IMG/VR virus record: IMGVR_UViG_3300045988_118004
Direction: 5' to 3' (one strand)
Length of the DNA: 15,819 bases
Source of the DNA: a virus
A program made the position numbers and the translations under genes. This document shows, piece after piece, positions 1 to 8,070 of the stretch. Each line of letters begins with the position of its first letter. Position 1 is the stretch's first letter. The notes beneath the pieces were generated by a model. It was given only the letters and a program-made list of their open reading frames with translations, was not told the DNA's origin and did no database searches.

Positions 1-67
1 CCTTTATTTTTTTCGCCTGTTATCATTTTCCCCAACCGACCGCTTAACCTTAAGCAATGTACAAAAT
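1..67. repeat. Left inverted terminal repeat (67 bp, perfect)
   Basis: Bases 1-67 are the exact reverse complement of 15753-15819. Identity breaks at 68/15752, then continues imperfectly (shared TTGAACG block, one indel) to about 78/15741. The terminus is AT-rich (CCTTTATTTTTTT), followed by a GC-rich stretch and a GCTTAA-cc-TTAAGC inverted repeat at 42-55. Confidence 0.95.
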
Positions 68-119
68 CTTGAACGTTCACAAAGGTGACACCCTGTCATG
101 TTTATTTATGGTTAACTCA

Positions 120-141
120 AATGTTATCGCGATTTTATAAC
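120..141. repeat. Subterminal conserved 22-bp block, left copy (AATGTTATCGCGATTTTATAAC)
   Basis: Exact inverted copy at 15716-15737. It contains the 8-bp palindrome ATCGCGAT. The block sits 52 bp inside the left ITR but only 15 bp inside the right ITR. Confidence 0.9.
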
Positions 142-160
142 CTTAAGCAAAGTACAAAAT
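138..160 (+). repeat. Internal direct copy of the inner 23 bp of the ITR
   Basis: TAACCTTAAGCAAAGTACAAAAT at 138-160 matches TAACCTTAAGCAATGTACAAAAT at 45-67 with one mismatch. With the right ITR this gives three copies in the genome. Confidence 0.9.
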
Positions 161-170
161 AAGACGAAGA

Positions 171-203
171 AAAAAGGATGGCCAAGCGGCCATCCTTTTA
201 TTC
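171..203 (-). terminator. Rho-independent terminator of the late operon (structurally bidirectional)
   Basis: Stem GGATGGCC (176-183), loop AAGC, stem GGCCATCC (188-195). It is flanked by an A-run at 171-175 (a U-tract on the minus-strand RNA) and TTTTATT at 196-202. It lies immediately 3' of the tail-fibre stop codon (204-206). Confidence 0.8.
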
Positions 204-2993
204 TTACTGTAAAAACCAAATGCTTTCAGGTGCTTCAGTATAAGTAATGTTAATCGTATCCTGTGCTTGTACTTCAAAGGAAACACCCGTTTCACTGAAA
301 ATAGTAGTACCGTTAAGTTTAATATCATTAACCGTTCCACCAAAGATTCTAACAAAAGCGTTTATTCCAAACGGATTTTTAATATCAACCCCACTGCCTG
401 CCATGCCCCAAGGTCTAGCAGTCAAGCCTCCATTAAAGCCCTGGTTATTAAAAAATGTAATAGAATTAGTTCCTGCATCCGTTGGGGTATAAGATATCGC
501 CCCTTGAACATTATTAAGCAGGTTATTATTGCTAATGGTAATATATTTACATCCAGATATTAAAGCTATTCCGAATTGCTGTTTGTTAAGGCCACCTGTT
601 TCAGAAAAGGCTCCAATTAAATTATTAGAAATAACAGCGTTTTTAACGCGCGGGCCGATAACTAAACCCATATTGTTATCACCAACAAAGCCATTATCAA
701 AAATTGAATTGCCTTCAATAACCGCATTTTCTGCACATAATATATAAATACCGTCCGTATCAAAACCAGTAACAGTGCAACCACTTATAGTAAGTCCCTG
801 TAAATAGTATTCATAAGTTCCACCTTGTACAGAATCCGCGATATACACGCCTCGGTGTCCCTGTCCGCTACCCTGTCCTTTAATATTACAATTTGTTAAC
901 TTAAAGTTAGCCATAAATATACTTCCTGGGGCCGCATTATCAATCCTCACGCTATCAGAACCGCATGCATCAATATAGCAATTATTTATATTTATTTCAA
1001 GGTTATGATACTGTGTAACGTTTACGTGAATAGCATGGTATAATTGGCCTCCAAAATACGAATTAGTTACACGTATATCTTCAACACCGTTCATTAACAA
1101 CCCGTTTTCAGCACCCTCAATTCCAGGAGATAAAAACCTACAAGCCACTATAGCTATTGACGTACATAATTTAACAGCATTTGGCACAGCATCATTATAA
1201 CTCATTTCCACTGATGCGTGTGTATTTGTTGTTCCGCCTGTGGTAGCCCTTCCAATAAAAGCGCAATATAAAAATGAAATATCAGCACAACCCTCTAAAT
1301 ATACTTGTCTTAATCCATTTTCCATTCTTACGTTGTTTACGGCACCATCTTCAACATGATACAGGTGTATTACATTGTTGCCCACATTTCCTGTACTAAT
1401 ATTGTGGTTGAATAAGAAATTAATCACACGCACTTGTTTTAATATACCAGTATCGGCTTTTGCCAATATAGTATCACCAAAAGTTGTATCTGTATATATT
1501 TCGGCACCGTCTCTGCTTGCCCCTAACAAAGTAATATTACTAACTTTAATTCTTAAAGTTTTAGTTACTTTATACCGTCCAGTTGGGAAAAACACAATAC
1601 CACCATTAGGAAGTGCGTTTATTGCGTTTTGTATAGCATCACTATCATCTGTTACACCATCTCCAACCGCTCCAAAATCCTGAGGGGTAGTAATTTTTAA
1701 GTAATCAAAATTAATTTCAGCTTGCAGAGAATACGGAATGTTTGTTTTATCTTTCATGGGCAACACTTTTCCATATTTTCCAGCAATTAATTCCCCGTAT
1801 TTTAACGGATTACTCGAATTAAGAAAAATGTTGTTTGATGTTATTGTAATATCGCTCGCGCTTATGTTTGCCTCTTTTTCTATTGTTTGCGTAAGTGTCC
1901 CGTTTATAGATTCTGTCATATTTCCCGTTATAGTTTTTTCGGTGTTTCCAGTTATATTTTCTTTAATATCTCCGGCCACATTATCTGTAATATTTCCAGA
2001 TACTGTTCTCTCTATAGTATTGGTTATTTTTGTTGTTCCGTTGTTAGTTTTTATATTAATGTAGTTGTTATAACCAGTATTTATTATAGGTGTTATAGGA
2101 TTTAATATTGTTCCTGTAATGTAACAATTGTTACCACTAACACTAAGTCCAGTTTTAATAGCTGTATAACAAGATATATTTTTACATATACAGTTATTTC
2201 CACTTATTGTTAGTAACGCCTCATTGTTTAACAGACTAGTATGGATAAAGTCAAGGTTATTTATATGGCATCTTTCTCCAGCGATGATTAATCCATTGCC
2301 TTGTGTTCCATCAATTACAATGTTGTTCATTTGAACCAGACCATTAATGTTTAGGCTCATAACATTATAAGCATTTTTAAATATGACGTTGTCGAACAAT
2401 GCGGCAGTAACATTTCCGTTATAGATGCTACAGTTTGCTGTTTGGCCTGGCATGTTTGCGCTTAAAGTTATATTGCTAATTGTACAATTACCAATATCTC
2501 CGGCAAATAAATCCGTATCACTACCGGCTTTAAGATTTATTGTTGTTTGATATCTGTCCAGTCCTATTAAACTAATATTATTTGTAATAGTTAATTGATT
2601 TACCGAATATATTCCAGCGGGGAAGAACAAATAGGCTTTTTTACCGCCTAGATAGGTAATCATATTTTGAATAGCCACCGTATCATCCGCAACCCCATCA
2701 CCCACAGCCGCAGTCATGTTATTTGGGGGATTCTTTACGTTCAAGAAGTAAAGGTCAGATAGCACCTCTTTAACAATTTCTTCTAGACCTAACTGGTCTA
2801 GCAACTCTTTTACCAACTTAATAATATAGTCTGGTAAACCATTAATAGTTGTTGCCATATCATTAATGGCCTTGGTCAGTAGGCATACCTGCTGATTATA
2901 ACTTAGCGCATCACTAAACACTGTAGGCAAGGACTTCATGCACCAACACCTTAACAGCTCGATTGATTTAAAATTTGTATCATTATTTACCAT
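204..2993 (-). CDS. Tail fibre / pre-neck-appendage-like protein with two tandem pectate-lyase-type right-handed beta-helix domains (929 aa)
   Basis: The ORF track gives 204..3011. I start it at ATG 2993 because GGAGGT (3003-3008) lies 9 nt upstream, while ATG 3011 has no comparable SD. There are two tailspike/pectate-lyase N-cap motifs: AAVGDGVADDTVAIQNMI...FFPAGIYSV (about 2640-2715) and DFGAVGDGVTDDSDAIQNAI...FFPTGRYKV (about 1560-1680). Each is followed by many beta-helix rungs (NNxIxG, ISNN). It is the last structural gene, the position of phi29 gene 12. Confidence 0.85.
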   Translation of the reverse strand: MVNNDTNFKSIELLRCWCMKSLPTVFSDALSYNQQVCLLTKAINDMATTINGLPDYIIKLVKELLDQLGLEEIVKEVLSDLYFLNVKNPPNNMTAAVGDGVADDTVAIQNMITYLGGKKAYLFFPAGIYSVNQLTITNNISLIGLDRYQTTINLKAGSDTDLFAGDIGNCTISNITLSANMPGQTANCSIYNGNVTAALFDNVIFKNAYNVMSLNINGLVQMNNIVIDGTQGNGLIIAGERCHINNLDFIHTSLLNNEALLTISGNNCICKNISCYTAIKTGLSVSGNNCYITGTILNPITPIINTGYNNYINIKTNNGTTKITNTIERTVSGNITDNVAGDIKENITGNTEKTITGNMTESINGTLTQTIEKEANISASDITITSNNIFLNSSNPLKYGELIAGKYGKVLPMKDKTNIPYSLQAEINFDYLKITTPQDFGAVGDGVTDDSDAIQNAINALPNGGIVFFPTGRYKVTKTLRIKVSNITLLGASRDGAEIYTDTTFGDTILAKADTGILKQVRVINFLFNHNISTGNVGNNVIHLYHVEDGAVNNVRMENGLRQVYLEGCADISFLYCAFIGRATTGGTTNTHASVEMSYNDAVPNAVKLCTSIAIVACRFLSPGIEGAENGLLMNGVEDIRVTNSYFGGQLYHAIHVNVTQYHNLEININNCYIDACGSDSVRIDNAAPGSIFMANFKLTNCNIKGQGSGQGHRGVYIADSVQGGTYEYYLQGLTISGCTVTGFDTDGIYILCAENAVIEGNSIFDNGFVGDNNMGLVIGPRVKNAVISNNLIGAFSETGGLNKQQFGIALISGCKYITISNNNLLNNVQGAISYTPTDAGTNSITFFNNQGFNGGLTARPWGMAGSGVDIKNPFGINAFVRIFGGTVNDIKLNGTTIFSETGVSFEVQAQDTINITYTEAPESIWFLQ

Positions 2994-3823
2994 TGATATC
3001 CTACCTCCCATATTCCTAAGAACAAATCTGATAGGTCGTTGATTATCATCACGTCAATATTAATAAGGCTTTCACGGTATTCCATTATCATAGACGCGTA
3101 GCTCTGGGCGCTCTGCTTGCCTTTCACTGTCTCGATATAATCCTCGACATTGTTAACTGTTGTGTTATTATTTGTAGTAACGTTTGTTGTATTATCTGTT
3201 GTTGTGTCTGTGTTCCCGTTAATAGTTGTGGTGTCGCCAGTTGTTGCCGTAGTTGTGTCATTATCATTAGTCATTCTTGCATTGCTTAAATATTCATCAT
3301 TTGCAAGACCAACTAGGCCGCCCTGGGGAGTTTCAGAATATTTATCAGTTCCGGCACGGGCAACAGTCTGATTCACGTTGCCGTCTGCTTTAGTCGTGTT
3401 ATCCACAGCTGTTATTGTCTGTCCTTCCTCAGTTGTCATTACTTTTCCGTTCAGTTTTTGTGTGCCTGTTTTGTTTGCTTGGTGTTGTCTGGTTAAATCA
3501 ACGTCATAAATTGGATTAAATTTGTATGTTTCGGTCTCATACATTTTGTTGTAGTACGGCATGATTTCGTTTAATCTTGTGTCCATTCTAAGTTTGAATA
3601 ATCCGAGTGTTTCTTCTCCAATTTCACGGGTGTAATAATGCTTAACGATTTTGGTTAATAACACATTTCTGTATTGTTCATCAAAAATAGGAAAGTTAAA
3701 ATCAAACAGAATCGGAATGGCACTCGGAATAACTGTGTTTACAATATCTGTGTATCCTGCTGGTTCAGCTCTACCCACCAACCCTTCACAAACATATCCC
3801 AATGTCATAGTGACAGCACTCAT
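2987..3823 (-). CDS. Lower collar protein (phi29 gp11-like)
   Basis: The N-terminal half carries FPIFDEQYRNVLLTKIVKHYYTREIGEETLGLFKLRMDTRLNEIMPYYNKMYE, which I recall as typical of lower collar proteins of small podophages. The gene sits directly after the portal gene. Its ATG (3823) overlaps the portal TGA as ATGA, and GGAGG lies upstream. Confidence 0.8.
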   Translation of the reverse strand: MSAVTMTLGYVCEGLVGRAEPAGYTDIVNTVIPSAIPILFDFNFPIFDEQYRNVLLTKIVKHYYTREIGEETLGLFKLRMDTRLNEIMPYYNKMYETETYKFNPIYDVDLTRQHQANKTGTQKLNGKVMTTEEGQTITAVDNTTKADGNVNQTVARAGTDKYSETPQGGLVGLANDEYLSNARMTNDNDTTTATTGDTTTINGNTDTTTDNTTNVTTNNNTTVNNVEDYIETVKGKQSAQSYASMIMEYRESLINIDVMIINDLSDLFLGIWEVGYQW

Positions 3824-4710
3824 TCTTCCACCTCCTCTATTGCTAATTCTTCGTCCACTTGAGTTTCCGTAGCGATTATCTGTTTGTATCTTACCTCCAA
3901 ATTAAGACCAGGAAACATTACATTGATTCTTTCACAAGCTATTTCACGCTCCATCAACCTTGTATAACGTTGCGCTTCCACATCTCCCATGCCGCTTTTT
4001 ACTTCGAGGGTATTAAGACGCTCACGTTTTTCATCATTGGTGTTTCCAATTCCTAAGTATGTCATTGCTTCGTTCCACACCAAACCCTTGATTACCTGCA
4101 ATTTATCTGCAACGTATGGTGCTGATATATCGATTGCATTCAGTCCACTTAAATCCATTTGTTTATCTGCAAAGATAAATGGATAGTTACCGTCGTACTG
4201 CTTGAAAAGATTAATGATAGTCAGCCTTTGCGATTCTGAGCACGTAATAATTTTAGGGTTTTTCTGAAGCTTTACATTTGTATCAATAGCTCGCTGTATT
4301 TCATATAATCGCCAAGCGTACATTTCCACGTCCAGCTGAGAATTAATGTGCAAAGAGTTATTAAATATAAGCACACTGTTTTCCTTGTTTAATTCCATTT
4401 GATATCCATTGCTTGCATACGCACGTCTGTATATTGGTATTCTATAGACGTCTAGCGGACCTGATATCATACACTGTAATGTTAAGTAGCCCATAACCTC
4501 ATCTTTAAAGAATACAGCCATTCCATCAGAGAACAACGCTAATTCCAGGAAACGTCTATCACATGTTGGAGGAAGATTAATCCATTCAAACTGACTGATT
4601 GCTAAGTCCACCAATCGATTGTAGTACTGAATAAATGTCCAGTCATTGCATTTCTTTGCGTTCCAGAACTCACGGGTGTTACCCGGTGCCCCGCCTCCTT
4701 TTTTGCTCAT
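3820..4710 (-). CDS. Portal / upper collar connector protein (phi29 gp10-like)
   Basis: Blocks match my recall of phi29 gp10: QFEWINLPPT (phi29 LFEWENLPPT), APYVADKLQVIKGLVWNEAMTYLGI (phi29 [25 protein letters not shown]) and KRERLNTLEV (phi29 KKERMVTDEV). The ATG at 4710 overlaps the upstream stop (TAATG), and a GGAGGGGG SD is present. Confidence 0.95.
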   Translation of the reverse strand: MSKKGGGAPGNTREFWNAKKCNDWTFIQYYNRLVDLAISQFEWINLPPTCDRRFLELALFSDGMAVFFKDEVMGYLTLQCMISGPLDVYRIPIYRRAYASNGYQMELNKENSVLIFNNSLHINSQLDVEMYAWRLYEIQRAIDTNVKLQKNPKIITCSESQRLTIINLFKQYDGNYPFIFADKQMDLSGLNAIDISAPYVADKLQVIKGLVWNEAMTYLGIGNTNDEKRERLNTLEVKSGMGDVEAQRYTRLMEREIACERINVMFPGLNLEVRYKQIIATETQVDEELAIEEVEE

Positions 4711-6227
4711 TAATTATCACCCCCTCCTGCTCTGTTATCTAAGCCATAATTACCCACATCGCTACCATTCTTCCAGAATGTAATTCCATTGTCATATATG
4801 CTACGCAATTTAGCCATATCATCTGCTGGAACGCTACCTGTTAAATTGGAGTTTAGCGTTTTAACGTAATTCCAATGTGGTCTCTGTGAACGGTTTGGCA
4901 CTTTAACGCTGTGAGTAGCGTAACCATACACATTAAAGTATTGGTCGATTATTTTTGCAAATTCTGCCCGGACGTGGTAATTTAAGAAGTAGAAATCTTT
5001 AATTCCAAAGGCAACTTGGGCACTGTTAGACTGAGAACCGTGGCTCTGCGGTGGCTGTGCTTGGATTGCATTCAACCTAGCTAATGTTCTTCCAGCATTT
5101 GTGGCACCGGCTATTCCACCCACTAGCCCGACCGGACCACCTGTGGCAAGCCCTGCCACGGCCCCCATTGCGGAACCCAACATATCTACTGCCATGGACG
5201 AGCCGTTTTGTGCAAGCCACGCCTTGTATGTGTCTACCGTAAATGAACACTGAGGAAATCCCCCAATGGTGATGGACTCGTTGTAGTTTGCTCCTACGTT
5301 TTTGTAACCTAATGGTGTAAGCATTCCTAACGGGTTTGGAGACATATCCATGCCTAAATTAAAGGTGCATTTAGCAGTTTGAAAGTATTCATATTTGTAG
5401 GTTGCCGAGTTTCCCATCAAATTAGTGACATATAAAAAGCAATATGGATAGGTAAAAAGTTTGTTATTCATTGGCCTATATCCATCTATGGCCCCACGTT
5501 GTTTATCGCGTTCTATTACGTAGTTTCGTGCGGGAGAACTCATAGCCGTTGTAAAATCTGACGGCATCATAAATACTGACACAATCGCATCTGCTTTGTT
5601 ATTTGTGATAAGATTATCAATGAACACAGCCACAGCCGGAAAATTTTCAAATACATGTAACCAACATCCAGAATAAATTCCACCGTAGCCACCTGTGCTA
5701 GTGCCGACATTACCCTGTGCATCTACAGTGGCGGCAACAACCACCACGTAATCGTCCATGTGTCCTGTTCTAAAGGCTGTATCATAGATATACTCCCCGA
5801 GTTCTAGGTTTTCCTCCACTAGATTGGCGCCGATTTCGTCAACAAGAATGTGCTCGCGTTCGACAAAACAGGGATTAACGGTGTAGTCAAAGAACCAGGT
5901 TTGCATCACGTCCATTTCATAGCTGATGGTTGAGCAATTATTTCCTTTGTATTCCACGCCCGTAATGAAAGCATAGAACCATTTATTTCCAAACGAGGTG
6001 TTTTGGAACATGATATAGTTACAGTCATACAACGATTCCGCGTTTATACCAACATTAATTGTTTTATCAATTCGCTGGTAGGTATATTCGGTTAAGGAAA
6101 ACTTTGACATGCTAGCAAAATAGCTTGTTTGCTGTGCGGCTGTACTAAAGTAAATGGTGTTCCTGTAGGTGTTATCCAGCGGGACGTCTTTAAGAATATG
6201 AATATTAGTATTTGGATTTACGTACAT
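4710..6227 (-). CDS. Tail knob protein (phi29 gp9-like)
   Basis: NIHILKDVPLDNTYRNTIYF (phi29 [20 protein letters not shown]), YIMFQNTSFGNKWFYAFITGVEY (phi29 YIMFQNADYGNKWFYAFVTELEF), and the C-terminal IYDNGITFWKNGSDVGNYGLDN (phi29 IFDNGITLWHTDNIGNYSVEN). An AAGGAGGG SD lies 5 nt before ATG 6227. Confidence 0.95.
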   Translation of the reverse strand: MYVNPNTNIHILKDVPLDNTYRNTIYFSTAAQQTSYFASMSKFSLTEYTYQRIDKTINVGINAESLYDCNYIMFQNTSFGNKWFYAFITGVEYKGNNCSTISYEMDVMQTWFFDYTVNPCFVEREHILVDEIGANLVEENLELGEYIYDTAFRTGHMDDYVVVVAATVDAQGNVGTSTGGYGGIYSGCWLHVFENFPAVAVFIDNLITNNKADAIVSVFMMPSDFTTAMSSPARNYVIERDKQRGAIDGYRPMNNKLFTYPYCFLYVTNLMGNSATYKYEYFQTAKCTFNLGMDMSPNPLGMLTPLGYKNVGANYNESITIGGFPQCSFTVDTYKAWLAQNGSSMAVDMLGSAMGAVAGLATGGPVGLVGGIAGATNAGRTLARLNAIQAQPPQSHGSQSNSAQVAFGIKDFYFLNYHVRAEFAKIIDQYFNVYGYATHSVKVPNRSQRPHWNYVKTLNSNLTGSVPADDMAKLRSIYDNGITFWKNGSDVGNYGLDNRAGGGDN

Positions 6228-6263
6228 ATTGTCCCTCCTTTCAATTCAATTTCCTTTAACTTA

Positions 6264-6284
6264 AGAGGGGGATAAACCCCCTCT
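6264..6284 (-). terminator. GC-rich stem-loop just after the capsid gene (possible partial terminator or mRNA stabiliser)
   Basis: AGAGGGGG (6264-6271), loop ATAAA, CCCCCTCT (6277-6284). It lies in the 60-nt gap between the capsid stop (6288) and the tail-knob start (6227). The downstream U-tract on the minus strand is poor, so it is not a classical strong terminator. Confidence 0.35.
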
Positions 6285-6287
6285 ATA

Positions 6288-7733
6288 TTACGCGGATACT
6301 GTAATGGTTGCTGTATCGGTTTTAGTGGCGTCAAAGGTGGAAGTTGCTGTAACTGTAAGTGTCTCACCAGTTTCACTTTCTCCAACGACTAGGTTACCGT
6401 AGATGTCAATCTTGGAATCGGTTCCACCAGTAACAGTCCATGTAACAGACTTAGGAGCAAAGTTAGCGGTTACAACAGTAGCAGACAACTTAACCAGCTG
6501 GCCCTTGTTAACAGTCGCTGTCTCAGGGCTAACTGTTACGCTTGTAACTGTTGGTGTGCCGCCAATATATACAGTGTTATTGACAAATGGTGAAACACTG
6601 AATGTTTTCCAGGTGTGATAGAAATAATTCCAGTAAAGCCCCTGACCGTTGTAATTTTCGGTGAAGTTGTAGAAGTTGTCAAACACCATGAACCAGTCGC
6701 GGTCTACCATGACGGCTGGGATTGCGTCAAGGGCTGTTCTTTCAGCTTCCGTTAACGGCACGAAGTTGGGGTCATTAGAAAACAGCTCTGTAAGTCGGCT
6801 GTTGTCGCTTGCGCTAAAGCTAAACGTATCAACCAGGATACGGTTGCCCATGAATTCAGCCTTATCCATATTGAACGCCGAAGCTAAAACCTCAACATCA
6901 ATCACAGCGTTGAATTTGGCATTCATGATAAGCATCTGGTCACGTGCATCCGTGAAGGTAGTTACGCCTGTAAGATTGTACTGTGTGCTGGGGAACTGCC
7001 ATATGCCGGATATTCCCTTAATGGTAGAAACGATTGACTTGGCGAATGCAGCTGATACAGGGTCAATTTCAGTTACGTGCATTCTCCCGTCAAGCACGTT
7101 TCTGGCAATGAGATATTTCATTGTCAGGAACTCATCATAGTTAGAACCCGTGTACATTGCATCCACGATTTTTGCTATCAGGTCTGTAATGCCCTGCCAT
7201 GACAAAAACGCCTGTCTAAGCTGGTCATTACTAATAGTCTGCTTGTAAAACTTCTGGTAGTTCATAATGTGGAATGCAGCGCGAACGTCCGGGATTTCAC
7301 GCTTGAATACTTCGGATTCAGCCACGGCCGGGTCGAACTGATAAGGTTTGGCAATGTTAACAAAGATTTCCTCAACCGTCTCACCAAATTCCAGCAGACC
7401 CTTTTTCATTCCTGCCCAAGGGTTATAGAACATTTTAGAGGTAATCAGCACTCGTCCAATCCTGTTCATCAAAGCAGTTAAGAACTCGTTTCTAAGCGGC
7501 TGTAAATCCATGATGACTGCACCAATCTGACGTAAGGATGTATCATCACCCGCTGTCAGTTCTGGCACATAGTTCTGATAGTTGGCTGAAGCGTTGTCAC
7601 GGATTGTGTTTAAAATCTGTGCGGCGGCTTTCTGCACGTTAGTAGCGGACACGTCAGGGTTTTCCGCACTATAAGCGGCGGCAGCGTTCTTCTGTACATC
7701 ACTAAGTGTAATTTTTTCTGGTATAATAGGCAT
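6288..7733 (-). CDS. Major capsid protein (phi29 gp8-like) with C-terminal Ig-like (BIG2-type) domain
   Basis: Blocks match my recall of phi29 gp8: EVFKREIPDVRAAFH, FYKQTISNDQLRQAFLSW, IDVEVLASAFNM, VMVDRDWFMVFDN and GLYWNYFYHTWKTFSVSPF. The last ~90 aa (VTSVTVSPETATVNKGQLVKLSATV...TATITVSA) look like a bacterial Ig-like group 2 domain, as in phi29 gp8. Confidence 0.95.
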   Translation of the reverse strand: MPIIPEKITLSDVQKNAAAAYSAENPDVSATNVQKAAAQILNTIRDNASANYQNYVPELTAGDDTSLRQIGAVIMDLQPLRNEFLTALMNRIGRVLITSKMFYNPWAGMKKGLLEFGETVEEIFVNIAKPYQFDPAVAESEVFKREIPDVRAAFHIMNYQKFYKQTISNDQLRQAFLSWQGITDLIAKIVDAMYTGSNYDEFLTMKYLIARNVLDGRMHVTEIDPVSAAFAKSIVSTIKGISGIWQFPSTQYNLTGVTTFTDARDQMLIMNAKFNAVIDVEVLASAFNMDKAEFMGNRILVDTFSFSASDNSRLTELFSNDPNFVPLTEAERTALDAIPAVMVDRDWFMVFDNFYNFTENYNGQGLYWNYFYHTWKTFSVSPFVNNTVYIGGTPTVTSVTVSPETATVNKGQLVKLSATVVTANFAPKSVTWTVTGGTDSKIDIYGNLVVGESETGETLTVTATSTFDATKTDTATITVSA

Positions 7734-7735
7734 AA

Positions 7736-8047
7736 TTATTCACCCTCTCTTTCTTCAAATAATGCTTCAAATGACCTTGTTTTGCCATCATCTTTCACAT
7801 CTTCCTCTTGTTCCTCTTTTGCTTCTTCACGGCTACCAAAGAAACGCTCTCTATATCGTTTTCTCCATTCACCGTCCAGGGCCTCATATTTGCCCTTCCA
7901 ATCTTCACCGTCACCGGCGGCCCTTCTTTCAAGGTCGTCATACGTGTCGGTTACATCTTCGAGAAAAGATAACGCTGCATCCGAATCATCTTCTCCCAAG
8001 CGTTCCTTGATTCTCTCAAAGAACTTTTCTCTCTCAAGCATTGCCAC
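7736..8047 (-). CDS. Putative scaffolding protein (gp7 position)
   Basis: A 103-aa, highly charged, predicted helical protein (EDWKGKYEALDGEWRKRYRERFFG motif, acidic tail) directly upstream of the capsid gene. It starts at GTG 8047, 7 nt after AAGGAGG; an in-frame ATG at 8041 is less well spaced. The call rests on position, size and composition, not on sequence identity to phi29 gp7. Confidence 0.7.
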   Translation of the reverse strand: MAMLEREKFFERIKERLGEDDSDAALSFLEDVTDTYDDLERRAAGDGEDWKGKYEALDGEWRKRYRERFFGSREEAKEEQEEDVKDDGKTRSFEALFEEREGE

Positions 8048-8070
8048 AGTTCTTCCTCCTTTAACATATT

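Noticed and set aside
143-355. 70-aa minus-strand ORF overlapping the tail-fibre 3' end and the terminator.
   Set aside because: It is out of frame with the tail-fibre gene, which has clear domain homology. It runs through the terminator hairpin and has no SD.
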